From: Candidatus Uhrbacteria bacterium RIFCSPLOWO2_01_FULL_47_17 | GTDB taxonomy: Bacteria; Patescibacteriota; Patescibacteriia; UBA9934; GWF2-40-263 | Reading direction: 5' to 3' | DNA: 59,100 nucleotides | Assembly: GCA_001791305.1 (NCBI GenBank) | Contig: MGEI01000004.1 | Location: 1-59,100 of the forward strand | In this document: positions 49,424-59,100 of the stretch, piece by piece | Numbering within the stretch: the first letter of the stretch is position 1 | Layout: each line of letters opens with the position of its first letter | Position numbers and translations under genes: made by a program | Notes under the pieces: generated by a model | Database searches by the model: none | The model's input: the letters and a program-made list of their open reading frames with translations, nothing else | Told to the model about the DNA's origin: nothing

Positions 49424-51643
49424 TTAAATTTTCAAATGTCCTGACGAAATCGTATAAATATTCGCTCCGGACAAAAGATAAATGGTTTGAGAGGTTTCGT
49501 CAACCACGAAGTCGGTGAGTTCCGTAAATGTTTCCGAGGTGTATTGCACAACAAATGCCCCAGTGTCTTTTTTGTAAACAATCACACGTCTTGTTTTTGG
49601 TTCAAGAACGTAGATAAATTTACTTGTTCCGTCCGTCCAAATGCGTGTCGGTTCTGTTGCGGACGGTTCCACAATGCCAAGTTGCCATCCAACTTCTGCT
49701 CCATTTTGAAAACGCGAGATGTTTCCTGCGCCATGAAGGACGTAAATGGATCCATCGATCGTGAAGGCATGAGGATCTGTAAGCGCTTTTGTTTTTGAAG
49801 AGATCCAAGATGTTCCTGTGCTGTAGGCTGATCCGGACTTTGTGGACTTGAGGATTTCTGCGTCTTGTGAATCCGCCGTGCGGCGTAAGACATACATCCG
49901 ATTCGCGTAGGCAAGAAGAGAAATCGACTGGCTTGTGGATGGCATGGTGAGCGAGACAGGTGTCACGGTTCCACCCTTTGTGTCTATATCAAGGAGTTGA
50001 TCGGATGTATTCAGAGCAAAGATATGACCACCATCCTCGGACGCATCAAGAATAGGCGTTGGAGAAACAATCAGTCCTCCGGAAAAAGCCTCGATTGTTT
50101 TTGCAGGAGAATTTATTTTCCAAACCGCTTGGTGATCATCGATCACGTACAAGAGCGAACCGGATCGGATGATTTTTACCCCTTTTTGTTCTTCGCCTGT
50201 TTGTGTTTTTATCGTGGCAACAAGAGCTGGGCTTGGAATGGTTACGACATGGCGCAGTTCGTTCATGGCTGTTTCAATGTCTTTCATGAGTTTTTCGATT
50301 GTTTCTTGTTGTGCGGGTTTGTCTGTTGGGAGCTGTTGAATCAAGGTTGTGGCTTGTTGGTAAAGCGAGCGAGCTTGATTTTCATCTTTATAAATCATGG
50401 CCCCACCCGCTCGATCAATCGTGTCTTGAATCAGTGAGACGCGTTCGGTGAATTGTTTCTGTCCTTCAGACGTTTTACGAAATTGGGCAAGGCTTGTGAG
50501 ACCAATTCCCAAAACAAAGACAAGAATAAGACCAATTTGTGCGAAGCGTCTTGTGCGAACAGGGAGCGCACGATAGGCATGCATGCATGTTCGCGCCCAT
50601 TGATTTAGGTGTGTCTTGAGTGTTGGAAGAGATTTCCATGCCGCGTTTCTTCGTTCTTTATTGACGAGTGTGACGGCAGCAAAGGAAAGTCCTTTCACGG
50701 TGCGTCGGAGTGTTTTCCAGATGTTGTGGGAAAGAGAGTGCGTGATGTTGAGAAGGATTTTTAATCGTGGTTCTCCGCGGCGAAGATCTGAAAGGATACG
50801 CGATCGTTCCGTGAGTTTTTTGTACAAGAGATTGAGATGTGTTTTCAGAAACCCAATAAGATCCGGTTTTTGGTCTTCAAGGAGTTTGGAGGTTTCATCT
50901 TGTCCGCGAACAAAGGAATCAATGGAAACATCCGAAAGGGGTTTTGCGTAAGATTCTGGAACGGAAGAGATGGAAGATTCTGCTTTGATAATTAAAAGCA
51001 GAAGGCCATCGTTTGCCGCAAAGTATTGTCGGATTTTTTCCGTGGCACTTTTTGGAGGGAGGGAAGTTAGAATGGAGTTTAAATCATCTTGCGGGATTTG
51101 GTGTTGGATATCTTTTTGTGAAACACAGAAGACATCTCCATCTTCTAAATCGCCGTCGAGGACGACCGCAAAGGGTTTTTCCCACGTTGGGAGCGCTTGC
51201 TCTGTTTGGATTCCCCGAAAAAGATTGAAGACTTGATAGCGTTGTGTTGGTTTACGATGCAAAAAAAGAGCGGACAGTTCACCTGTTCCAGAAAGAAACA
51301 TGCGATCATCACAGATAATACCAACGGCGGCATGGAAAAAATGGATGGGAATGTGAAAACGGCCATCGCGCACGGTTTGTGAAACGGTTTCATTCAGTGC
51401 GCCCAAAAATTGTTCAAAACGATGTTGGGCGTTTGCATCTTTTCCAAACGAACTTGCGAGTCTGTGGACGTGGTCGCTCAAAAGTTGAAGTAAAACTTCA
51501 TTGTCTGGATTTTTTTTCCCTAAATAGGCGAGAACAAAAACATATCCACTTCTTCCTTCAAGAGGAAGCATGACAGAAAGCCCCTCCACATGTTCATTTG
51601 GGGATTTAGGCTCATATTGTGCCGCTTTAAGATAAGGGACCAT
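49424..51643 (-). CDS. large hypothetical membrane protein: degenerate PP2C-like N-domain, TM, beta-rich C-terminal ectodomain
   Basis: ATG at 51643. N-domain blocks (VFVLAYLG, AAVGIICDDRMFLSGTGE, DGDVFCVSQKD, NDGLLLLII) are collinear with PP2C motifs but lack the acidic residues. One central TM. Confidence 0.55.
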   Translation of the reverse strand: MVPYLKAAQYEPKSPNEHVEGLSVMLPLEGRSGYVFVLAYLGKKNPDNEVLLQLLSDHVHRLASSFGKDANAQHRFEQFLGALNETVSQTVRDGRFHIPIHFFHAAVGIICDDRMFLSGTGELSALFLHRKPTQRYQVFNLFRGIQTEQALPTWEKPFAVVLDGDLEDGDVFCVSQKDIQHQIPQDDLNSILTSLPPKSATEKIRQYFAANDGLLLLIIKAESSISSVPESYAKPLSDVSIDSFVRGQDETSKLLEDQKPDLIGFLKTHLNLLYKKLTERSRILSDLRRGEPRLKILLNITHSLSHNIWKTLRRTVKGLSFAAVTLVNKERRNAAWKSLPTLKTHLNQWARTCMHAYRALPVRTRRFAQIGLILVFVLGIGLTSLAQFRKTSEGQKQFTERVSLIQDTIDRAGGAMIYKDENQARSLYQQATTLIQQLPTDKPAQQETIEKLMKDIETAMNELRHVVTIPSPALVATIKTQTGEEQKGVKIIRSGSLLYVIDDHQAVWKINSPAKTIEAFSGGLIVSPTPILDASEDGGHIFALNTSDQLLDIDTKGGTVTPVSLTMPSTSQSISLLAYANRMYVLRRTADSQDAEILKSTKSGSAYSTGTSWISSKTKALTDPHAFTIDGSIYVLHGAGNISRFQNGAEVGWQLGIVEPSATEPTRIWTDGTSKFIYVLEPKTRRVIVYKKDTGAFVVQYTSETFTELTDFVVDETSQTIYLLSGANIYTISSGHLKI

Positions 51644-51709
51644 AACAAAGTTGCTCAAGATCAGGTGTTTGTGTACATTATACCTGTAAAGGAGGAGGCT
51701 GCAACCACT

Positions 51710-52312
51710 ATGAACAAGCACACCTTCAACCTCGAACACATGTTTGGTTCAAAGACACGAGCTCGCTTGATGAGCTTGTTTTTGCAACAGCCAAAAGAAT
51801 TGTTTTTTGTGCGAGAACTCACGCGTCGGATTGGAGCGCAACTCAACTCCGTACGTCGCGAATTGAAAAACCTCATTGACATGGGGCTTATTTTAGAAAA
51901 ACAATCGGAACATGCCCGATTAACCGGAGCTCTTGCGGAAAAGAAAAAGTTTTACACCGTGAACACCGATTTCATTCTTTATGAAGATTTGCGGTCTTTG
52001 TTTCAAAAGGTCCAAATTTTGTTGAAACAAAATTTAGTCCAAGAGATCGATCAAAAAGGATCGATCGCGTATTTTGCGTTTACAGGACGATTTGTAGACG
52101 CGAAAGATATTTCAACAGATTTGTTGATCGTTGGAGATATTAAACAGGAACTTCTCGAAGAGGTGATCAAAAAGTTTGAGGCCGAGATTCCGTATGAGAT
52201 TAACTACACCCTCATGCCAAAAGATGAGTTTCGTGACCGACGACAAGTTGCAGATCGATTTTTGTCGAGTATTTTAAATGCGGAGAAGGTTGTGATGATT
52301 GATCGCATCTAA
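51710..52312 (+). CDS. winged-helix (ArsR-like) DNA-binding domain protein
   Basis: AGGAGG SD. N-terminus SKTRARLMSLFLQQPKELFFVRELTRRIGAQLNSVRRELKNLIDMGLI. Confidence 0.55.
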   Translation: MNKHTFNLEHMFGSKTRARLMSLFLQQPKELFFVRELTRRIGAQLNSVRRELKNLIDMGLILEKQSEHARLTGALAEKKKFYTVNTDFILYEDLRSLFQKVQILLKQNLVQEIDQKGSIAYFAFTGRFVDAKDISTDLLIVGDIKQELLEEVIKKFEAEIPYEINYTLMPKDEFRDRRQVADRFLSSILNAEKVVMIDRI

Positions 52313-52314
52313 TT

Positions 52315-52722
52315 ATGGATTTGTTCCTTTGTGCACAAGACATTCAATTCATAACGTTTGGCCTTGTCTCCCACCCCACCCCAACCCTCCCCTCAGGCAG
52401 GGGAGGGGGACTTCGAATCGAAAAAACGTTTGAGGTTCCTCCAGAAAAGTATCTCGCCTCTTTTGATGCTTTTTTGCGTGAACAACAGGTTTTGCCGGAG
52501 CACATCTCTCGTTTGCTTGTGGTGAATGGTCCTGGTTCGTTCACCGCGAGTCGTGTGAGTGTTGTGATCGCAAATACATTTGCATTTGTTCGCAAGATTC
52601 CGGTTATTCCCGTCGAGAATCCAGACCGTCTCCCCATTGAAAAACTTTTACCGATTCTCCAAACACTCCCGGAACACATCTTTGTGACCCCGGCATATGA
52701 CAGGCCGCCGAATATCACATAA
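52315..52722 (+). CDS. TsaB/YeaZ-like protein, truncated form
   Basis: The LLVVNGPGSFTASRVSVVIANTFAF block matches the TsaB GPGSFTGLR motif. Only 135 aa. Confidence 0.5.
   Translation: MDLFLCAQDIQFITFGLVSHPTPTLPSGRGGGLRIEKTFEVPPEKYLASFDAFLREQQVLPEHISRLLVVNGPGSFTASRVSVVIANTFAFVRKIPVIPVENPDRLPIEKLLPILQTLPEHIFVTPAYDRPPNIT
52385..52407 (+). repeat. perfect CCCTCCCC/GGGGAGGG hairpin embedded in frame in the tsaB-like gene
   Basis: CCCTCCCCT-caggc-AGGGGAGGG. Encodes TLPSGRGG. Confidence 0.65.
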
Positions 52723-52759
52723 AATAGAAACAAATCGTTTTGATTCTTAATTTACCTCT

Positions 52760-53440
52760 ATGTTATTTGACACCACTCTTTTGCAGGCGCCGCTTCTTGA
52801 GCTTTGGAGCACTATCGTTGCGTTTTTGCCAAACGTGATTGGGGCGGTGATCGTTTTTGTGGTTGGAATTTTGATTGCAGTCGTTTTTCGTCAGGTGGTC
52901 ATGCGCATCATCGCGCTCTTGCGCATTGATGATCTTGCGGAAAAATTGGAGATCAAAAAGCAATTCGAGCGCATGGGAATCCGATTGCACATCGGTTCAC
53001 TTCTTGGCTGGATCGTAAAATGGTTTTTCATTATTGTTGCGCTTATTGCGGCAACCGATATTTTGGGATGGAATGAAGTGACGGATTATTTAAAGCAAGT
53101 CGTGTTATTCGTTCCAAACGTCATTATTGCCGTGATTATTCTTCTTGCCGGAATTTTGCTTGGAAATTTTGTTCAGAATGTTGTTCGTTCAGCGGTCGAA
53201 GCGGCTGAGCTTGCATCCGCTCAATTTCTCTCTGCGCTCGCGAAATGGTCCATTCTTGTTTTCAGCTTTATGGCTGCACTCGTACAGTTACAAATTGCTC
53301 CAGATTTGATTCGAACTTTATTTACCGGACTTGTGTTCATGATTGCACTTGCGGGCGGACTCGCATTTGGACTTGGTGGGAAAGAACACGCCTCACAGAT
53401 GTTGAGTCGACTCAAAAAAGAAATTTCGTCGGAGAAATAG
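52760..53440 (+). CDS. TM-helix-repeat membrane protein (mechanosensitive-channel-related N-domain family)
   Basis: Repeated pattern of a TM segment followed by LPN(V)I.A(V)IV..VG.L. Confidence 0.55.
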   Translation: MLFDTTLLQAPLLELWSTIVAFLPNVIGAVIVFVVGILIAVVFRQVVMRIIALLRIDDLAEKLEIKKQFERMGIRLHIGSLLGWIVKWFFIIVALIAATDILGWNEVTDYLKQVVLFVPNVIIAVIILLAGILLGNFVQNVVRSAVEAAELASAQFLSALAKWSILVFSFMAALVQLQIAPDLIRTLFTGLVFMIALAGGLAFGLGGKEHASQMLSRLKKEISSEK

Positions 53441-53441
53441 C

Positions 53442-54926
53442 ATGGAGCGTTATCACTACGGACAATTGCGTTTTTGGGAAATGCTCCCCGGCCTTGTGGT
53501 CTGGGGAACATTTTTGCTCGCCCTCGTTTTGTCATTTGTGGCGCCGCTTTGGGTGATAATCTTTATCATCGTGTTCGATCTCCTGTGGCTTTATCGCGTG
53601 ATCTATTTCAATCTATTTGTGATCATTGCATGGGTTACGTATCGCAAAACATTGAAAATGGATTGGAAGCAAAAATTGATCGGCATCTCAGGCGCCGAGT
53701 CGAAGGTGCATCTCGTATTTCTTCCAACCTACAAAGAGGGCTACGAGATTATCGAAACGACACTCACGTCTCTTCAACACAATTCATTTCCCGCACATCG
53801 CATGATCATTGTGATTGGCGGAGAGGAAGGGGATAAAACGCATTTTCAGGAAGTGGCCGCACGCGCGCAGGCGAAGTTTGGGGATGTGTTTAAAAAATTA
53901 ATCGTCACGATGCATCCAAAAGGATTACCGGGTGAAATGTCGGGGAAGGGCTCGAACTTGAATTGGATGGGGCACCGTACAGAAGAAGTGTTGAAAGCAG
54001 AATTTCCAGAACTCAAAGACGAGGACGTAATTGTTTCGGCGTTTGATGTTGATACGATCGCACATGAGCATTATTTTTCGTACCTCACGTATTTGTACTG
54101 CACGGTAAAGGATCCGACACGCAGTTCGTATCAACCGATCGCTTTATTCTCGAATAACATCTGGACCGCATCTGCTCCTGTGCGCATCGGAGCCTTTGGA
54201 ACCACGTTTTGGTTGTTCGGCGAACTTGCCCGGTCAGAACGCTTGTGGACTTTTTCTTCACACTCCATGTCTTGGAAAATGTTGCGGGATGTTCGGTTCT
54301 GGCAAAAAGATATCGTGAGCGAAGATTCGCGTATTTTCATGCAAGCGTTTTTGCATTATCACGGGGATTACCGCGTGACGCCCATGTTCCTTCCGGTCTC
54401 GATGGATGCTGTGACGGGAAAAACATACACCGAATCGCTCGTTGGATTGTACAAACAAATGCGTCGTTGGGCATGGGGAGTCGAACATCTTCCATATCTG
54501 ATTGACGGATTTCGACGAGACCCGTTGATTCCACGATTCAAAAAGGCACAATATATTTTCAATCACCTGGAAGGAATGTTTACGTGGGCGACCGCACCGA
54601 TCATCATGTTTCTCCTCGGTTGGCTTCCTCTTTGGGTGGCAAAAGGACAAACGAACGCCATTATTCAAGCCGCACCGTTTACGCTTGAACAACTCATGCG
54701 CCTCGCTATGATCGGAATTTTGCTTTCGGCAAGCATGTCCCTTACACTGCTTCCACGGAGACCCGGAACGGTTCGACCGCACGCATGGATCATGATGTTG
54801 CTTCAATGGGCGCTGCTTCCAATCACATTTATCGTCTTCGGATCTCTTCCGGCGGTAGACGCACAAACACGTCTTATGATCGGAAAGTATCTTGGGTTTG
54901 AGGTAACAAAAAAACAGAGAAAATAA
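53442..54926 (+). CDS. membrane-embedded family-2 glycosyltransferase (processive synthase-like)
   Basis: TMs flank a GT2 domain. D-containing blocks (FDVD) and a QxxRW-type motif (QMRRWAWG). Confidence 0.75.
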   Translation: MERYHYGQLRFWEMLPGLVVWGTFLLALVLSFVAPLWVIIFIIVFDLLWLYRVIYFNLFVIIAWVTYRKTLKMDWKQKLIGISGAESKVHLVFLPTYKEGYEIIETTLTSLQHNSFPAHRMIIVIGGEEGDKTHFQEVAARAQAKFGDVFKKLIVTMHPKGLPGEMSGKGSNLNWMGHRTEEVLKAEFPELKDEDVIVSAFDVDTIAHEHYFSYLTYLYCTVKDPTRSSYQPIALFSNNIWTASAPVRIGAFGTTFWLFGELARSERLWTFSSHSMSWKMLRDVRFWQKDIVSEDSRIFMQAFLHYHGDYRVTPMFLPVSMDAVTGKTYTESLVGLYKQMRRWAWGVEHLPYLIDGFRRDPLIPRFKKAQYIFNHLEGMFTWATAPIIMFLLGWLPLWVAKGQTNAIIQAAPFTLEQLMRLAMIGILLSASMSLTLLPRRPGTVRPHAWIMMLLQWALLPITFIVFGSLPAVDAQTRLMIGKYLGFEVTKKQRK

Positions 54927-54927
54927 T

Positions 54928-55980
54928 ATGTATCCAAGAATCTCCATTCATATCGTCTCTTGGAACTCGATGCAATTCATCCCGGATCTTTTGGCATCCA
55001 TTGAAAAGCAGACCATGAAGGATTTTCAGGTTCTGATTGTGGACAATGGATCAAGTGATGGGATCGAAGCGTTTTTGCAAGAGAAATATCCGAGTGTGCG
55101 TTTTATTCGCAATGCTCGCAATTTGGGATTCTCGGGAGCACATAACCAAGGCATTCGTTATGCCCTCGAGCATTGGGGGGAAACGGAACTCGATGACAAA
55201 TTTATTTTGATTACAAACCCAGATATTATTTTTACACCCACATATCTTGAAAAACTCATGGAGGCGACGCGCAGCAAGGATGCATTCGGCGCATTCGGCG
55301 GAAAGCTTTTGCGTGCGTACGGAGAAGGAGTTGCCGATGAAGTTTTGCGAGAAACGGTTCGTTCGGATCGGATTGATTCTACAGGTTTGCGGTTTCACAA
55401 AAATTTTACGTTTACCGACCGCGGTGCCGGAGATTTAGACGAAGGTCAGTTTGATCAGGCGGAAGAAGTCTTTGGATTATCCGGCGCACTCGTTTTATAC
55501 AGAGCACGCGCGCTTCAGTCTATTCGCTACAACGACGAATTTTTTGATCATGATTTTTTTGCGTACAAAGAAGATGTCGACATGGCCTTCCGTATGCAAT
55601 ACGCTGGATGGTCTGCGTGGTACACACCGCGCGCGGTTGCATATCATTATCGTGGAATGTATGGGCAAGAACAGATGGGGATTTGGGCGCGCATCAAAAA
55701 TCGCAAAAAGAAATCTCTGCACCGCAGCTATTTTTCCACGCGAAACCATTGGTTGCTTTTGCTGAAAGATTTGGATGTTATTTCCGCTTTCGTGCTTTTC
55801 CCTCGACTGTTCCTTGCAGAAGTTGCACGTTGTGGATACATCATTCTGCTCGAGATGAAAAACGTGAAAGCGATTTTCGATGCACTCAAATTGATCCCGC
55901 GCATTTGGAGCAAACGTCGCAGAACGATGCAAACGAAAGTTGTCCCTGGTCGGTTGATTCGTAAGAAATTCGCAGAATAA
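54928..55980 (+). CDS. family-2 glycosyltransferase
   Basis: ISIHIVSWNS.....L.S...Q......VLIVDNGSSDG. Confidence 0.8.
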   Translation: MYPRISIHIVSWNSMQFIPDLLASIEKQTMKDFQVLIVDNGSSDGIEAFLQEKYPSVRFIRNARNLGFSGAHNQGIRYALEHWGETELDDKFILITNPDIIFTPTYLEKLMEATRSKDAFGAFGGKLLRAYGEGVADEVLRETVRSDRIDSTGLRFHKNFTFTDRGAGDLDEGQFDQAEEVFGLSGALVLYRARALQSIRYNDEFFDHDFFAYKEDVDMAFRMQYAGWSAWYTPRAVAYHYRGMYGQEQMGIWARIKNRKKKSLHRSYFSTRNHWLLLLKDLDVISAFVLFPRLFLAEVARCGYIILLEMKNVKAIFDALKLIPRIWSKRRRTMQTKVVPGRLIRKKFAE

Positions 55981-55986
55981 TTTTGT

Positions 55987-56799
55987 ATGAAAAAAGACGT
56001 CTCCATTCTCATTGTCCACTACAATACTCCAAAGTTGTTGCGCCAAACGTTGAAAGGTATTTTTGCGATGCAATCAAACGCGACGTTTGAAGTTATTGTC
56101 GTTGATAACAATCCAAACATGCGGGTCGACAATATGATTCGTGGAGAATTTCCGCAAGTGAAATTACTCATGTCAGATCACAACATTGGATTTGGAAACG
56201 GCATGAATCTTGCGATGATAAATGCGGTTGGACGCTATTTGTTTATTTTTAATCCAGATATTGCCATCAACAACCACGCCCTCGATGACCTTATTCGTTA
56301 CATGGATGCTCACGCGGATGTGGGAATGGTTGCACCGCGTCTCTCGAATCCCGACGGAAGTTTGCAAAGCAGTTGTTACCGATTCATGGGGCCGGAAATT
56401 ATTTTGTATCGACGTGTGCCCTTGCTCGCCAAACTTTCGTTTGCAAAAAAAGCGGTTGACCATTACCTCATGAAAGATTGGGATCATGCAGAAACGCGCG
56501 ATGTCGACTACGTGCTTGGAGCCGCAATGTTCGTTCGTCGTGAGGCGTACGAAGCGGTTGGAGGATTCGATCCAAACTATTTTATTTACTTCGAAGATCA
56601 GGATTGGTGCCGACGTTTCTGGAAAGCGGGATGGCGCATTGTGTACCACCCAGAAGCGAATTTTGTGCACTATCATCGTCGAGAAACCGCCGAAGGGGGA
56701 TTTCTCGGTCAGATTCTGAACCCGCTGACACGCAAACAAATGAAAAGTGCGATATACTACTATCGTAAATATCGCGGAGAAAAACATCCGCGCATGTAA
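55987..56799 (+). CDS. family-2 glycosyltransferase
   Basis: VSILIVHYNT..LL...L........FEVIVVDNN and DQDWC blocks. Confidence 0.8.
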   Translation: MKKDVSILIVHYNTPKLLRQTLKGIFAMQSNATFEVIVVDNNPNMRVDNMIRGEFPQVKLLMSDHNIGFGNGMNLAMINAVGRYLFIFNPDIAINNHALDDLIRYMDAHADVGMVAPRLSNPDGSLQSSCYRFMGPEIILYRRVPLLAKLSFAKKAVDHYLMKDWDHAETRDVDYVLGAAMFVRREAYEAVGGFDPNYFIYFEDQDWCRRFWKAGWRIVYHPEANFVHYHRRETAEGGFLGQILNPLTRKQMKSAIYYYRKYRGEKHPRM

Positions 56800-56801
56800 A
56801 C

Positions 56802-58868
56802 ATGTCCCACACTCCTTCGTTTCTTGAACATGCGTCAAAGGCGTCCCATAAAGCGCATCGCAGAAATGTTCTTCCGCGAAGGATTTTGTTTTGGTTGCTC
56901 GTTGCAGTGGTTGTGTACGGCGCCGCCCTAGCTTTTTCTGTCATACAAGTGGTCGCTGAGACAAATCAGGCGATGACTTCTTTGAAAGAGGCAAAAGCAG
57001 AGGGAACCCTGTTGCGTTTTGAAAGTGCGAATCGTGCGCTTGCAGATGCACAAGGGTCGTTTGCAGAAGCAAGACGGTTTTCTCCTTTTTTAAAAACAGC
57101 TGTCTTTCTTCCGCTTATTGGTTCCACGATCGCACAATCAGATGAACTCATTACGGCCGGGCAAGATGTTGTGACATCATTGCAATCCGTTTCGGATATT
57201 GGAAAGAGTGTGTTGCAGCTTTCCGGATTGAGTGAAGCCTATTTTGAAGAGGTGAAACGTGGAACACGTCCACGTGTTTCGTTTTCTGATTTAACACCCG
57301 AGGCGAAGCATCTTGTTCTTGCACGACTTTCCGCATCCTCAAATCAATTTTCCCTTTTATCGAGCCGCCTTGCGCTTGTGCAAGATGAGCTTGAGGAACT
57401 GTTGCACAAATCATCTGTCGATGCATCTGTTGAATTTATTTCTGTGGCGAAAGAGGATCTTTCTGAAACACAAAAAATGCTTGAACGCGCCAGCCTCTTC
57501 ACAGATTTGGTTCCAGTCTTTGCTGGGGTTGGAAAAACGGCGCATCATCTTGTTCTTTTTTTGAATAATACCGAGTTGCGTCCTGCGGGTGGGTTTGTGG
57601 GAAATTATGGAATCGCGACGGTCACGAACGGCTCACTTGATTCGTTGAAAACAGCGGATGTCTACGCGCTTGATCGTTTGGCAGAGGCGCAAAAGGGGTT
57701 TGTCAAAGAACCAGCGCCATTTGCCCTTCAAAAATATAACGCAACGCCCTATTGGTATTTCCGTGATGCAAACTGGTCACCGGATTTTTCGGTGAGCGCG
57801 CAGAAGTTGATTGCAAAGTATAAAGAGGAAACAGGAGTTCTTCCTGCCGCACTTCGCGGAACGATTCCTTACACAGACACAGTTGATGGCGTGATTGCGT
57901 TTACACCAACGTTTGCGGCGCGTATTTTAAACATGGTTGGACCTGTGACGATTGGCGGTCAAACATTTACGGCACAAAACATGGCGGATAAGCTCGAGTA
58001 TCAAGTGGAATATGGATACGCTGCGCAAGGGATTCCGGAAGCGCAACGCAAAGAGGTGATTGGACAGCTTGTGGATGCCGTTGTGAAAAAATTATCGGAC
58101 ATGCCGCTTTCTGAGTGGGGGAGCGTGCTTGCGCTTATGGAAGATGCATTCACCACAAAACAATTGTTTGTGTATCACACAAAACCAGATGTGGAAAAAG
58201 TGATTGTGCGTGCAGGATGGTCGGGGAATGTTGGAAGGGCGGAAAAGGCGGAAGGGGCGGAAAGGGCGAATAAGACAGGGGCGGATGTGCAAATGGTTGT
58301 GGATGCAAACCTTGCAGGTTTGAAATCAGATCCCGCCGTTCTTCGGACCATCACGTATGAAATCGCGAAAGATACAAATGGAAATCGCATTGGACGCACA
58401 TCTATTACGTATCGACACAAAGGCAAATTTGATTGGAAGACCACGCGATACCGAACGTACACCAGATTGTATGTTCCGCTTGGTTCAGAATTGATTCGTG
58501 TGACCGGATCTTTGAAAAATGATCGCACACAAAATCCAAATCTGGAATCCGGAGCTCCGGACATCTCTTCTGAACTTGGGATGAGCGTCTTTGGGGCGTT
58601 TATTGCGATTGAACCAGGTCAAACCGGAACGCTCACCTTTGAATATAAACTCGCGGACTCCGTTCGTGCCATGATTGCACGCGGAACATACATACTTGAC
58701 GTTCTGAAACAAGGTGGCGCAGGAAATCATGCGTTGACGCTCGACCTTGATTTTGGTAAGAATGTCCTACGCGCAACTCCCGGCGAAGAGAAAAACGAAT
58801 GGGGAGATGCACGCTATCGCATGAAGGAAGTGCTGGATCAGGATAAACAGTTTGTTGTTGGATTATAA
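56802..58868 (+). CDS. DUF4012 domain protein, membrane-anchored
   Basis: N-terminal TM. The block [19 protein letters not shown] is characteristic of DUF4012. Confidence 0.75.
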   Translation: MSHTPSFLEHASKASHKAHRRNVLPRRILFWLLVAVVVYGAALAFSVIQVVAETNQAMTSLKEAKAEGTLLRFESANRALADAQGSFAEARRFSPFLKTAVFLPLIGSTIAQSDELITAGQDVVTSLQSVSDIGKSVLQLSGLSEAYFEEVKRGTRPRVSFSDLTPEAKHLVLARLSASSNQFSLLSSRLALVQDELEELLHKSSVDASVEFISVAKEDLSETQKMLERASLFTDLVPVFAGVGKTAHHLVLFLNNTELRPAGGFVGNYGIATVTNGSLDSLKTADVYALDRLAEAQKGFVKEPAPFALQKYNATPYWYFRDANWSPDFSVSAQKLIAKYKEETGVLPAALRGTIPYTDTVDGVIAFTPTFAARILNMVGPVTIGGQTFTAQNMADKLEYQVEYGYAAQGIPEAQRKEVIGQLVDAVVKKLSDMPLSEWGSVLALMEDAFTTKQLFVYHTKPDVEKVIVRAGWSGNVGRAEKAEGAERANKTGADVQMVVDANLAGLKSDPAVLRTITYEIAKDTNGNRIGRTSITYRHKGKFDWKTTRYRTYTRLYVPLGSELIRVTGSLKNDRTQNPNLESGAPDISSELGMSVFGAFIAIEPGQTGTLTFEYKLADSVRAMIARGTYILDVLKQGGAGNHALTLDLDFGKNVLRATPGEEKNEWGDARYRMKEVLDQDKQFVVGL
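58233..58273 (+). repeat. GGCGGAAAG-type repeat inside the DUF4012 CDS
   Basis: GGAAGGGCGGAAAAGGCGGAAGGGGCGGAAAGGGCGAATAAG, translated as [14 protein letters not shown]. Confidence 0.6.
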
Positions 58869-58869
58869 T

Positions 58870-59100
58870 ATGTTCGGAAAAAAAATTGGGATTGATCTTG
58901 GGACAACCACCGTGCTGGTTTATGTTCCGAAACGCGGCATTATTATTCACGAACCTTCGGTCGTGGCTGTTTCGTATACAGATAAAAAAGTGCTTGCGGT
59001 TGGAAAAGAAGCAAAGGACATGTTGGGTCGAACTCCAGACACGATTGTTGCGCGTCGACCATTGAAAGATGGGGTGATTGCAGATTACAGAACAACAGAA
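58870..59100 (+). CDS. mreB: rod shape-determining protein MreB, 3'-truncated at window edge
   Basis: Own translation: [34 protein letters not shown]...[29 protein letters not shown]. Open to the window end. Confidence 0.85.
   Translation, partial: MFGKKIGIDLGTTTVLVYVPKRGIIIHEPSVVAVSYTDKKVLAVGKEAKDMLGRTPDTIVARRPLKDGVIADYRTTE

Noticed and set aside
1-59100. A search for CRISPR arrays, transposases, integrases, reverse transcriptases (retron/DGR) and rRNA genes.
   Set aside because: No regularly spaced direct repeats with unique spacers were found, and no ORF has DDE, tyrosine/serine recombinase or RT motifs. The repeats present are short hairpins or purine-rich units, not arrays.

Overview
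This is a compact, gene-dense bacterial window of about 59 kb, with many 1-4 bp gene overlaps. Its content resembles a reduced-genome Patescibacteria/CPR-like organism; that placement is an inference from gene content, not a search result. Supporting features are a short EF-Ts, an archaeal-type UMP kinase, a truncated MetK, DUF3048/DUF4012/DUF4015 proteins, and a glycolytic operon with no tpiA.

Confident housekeeping calls:
- Cell envelope and division: SEDS protein (partial), ddl, mltG, a PAP2 phosphatase, and mreB (partial).
- Translation: rplY, prmC, prfA, rpmE, queA, rpsB-tsf and rplJ-rplL.
- Central metabolism: gap-doxX-pgk-eno-gpmI, malic enzyme, metK and pyrH.
- DNA repair: nth, a UvrD/PcrA helicase, dinB, lexA and xseAB.
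- Cell surface: a cyclophilin and three GT2 glycosyltransferases followed by a DUF4012 protein.

Accessory content:
- A RelE/RHH toxin-antitoxin pair and a HicBA-like pair.
- Two visibly G+C-richer patches of hypothetical genes. One is 23.1-25.9 kb and includes an RNAP alpha-CTD-like protein. The other is 39.5-40.6 kb, next to a TM0106/RecB-like nuclease.
- A G+C-rich Cys-rich lipoprotein and two adjacent PP2C paralogs, one with degenerate catalytic motifs.

Most interesting non-coding observations:
1. A promoter-to-terminator unit of about 760 nt on the minus strand (4718-5512) has no credible ORF and many strand-specific helices. It is a candidate large structured RNA.
2. A tRNA-like gene (38584-38738, minus) has a cloverleaf that is complete only if a 79-nt insertion in the T-loop is removed.
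3. A family of GC-rich hairpins occurs in two settings. Some sit directly upstream of start codons that lack an SD and are followed by CTAC. Others are embedded in frame in queA, ddl, the cyclophilin and the tsaB-like gene.
4. Purine-rich repeats with roughly 9-nt periodicity occur at gene ends.

No rRNA, CRISPR array, transposase or integrase was seen.
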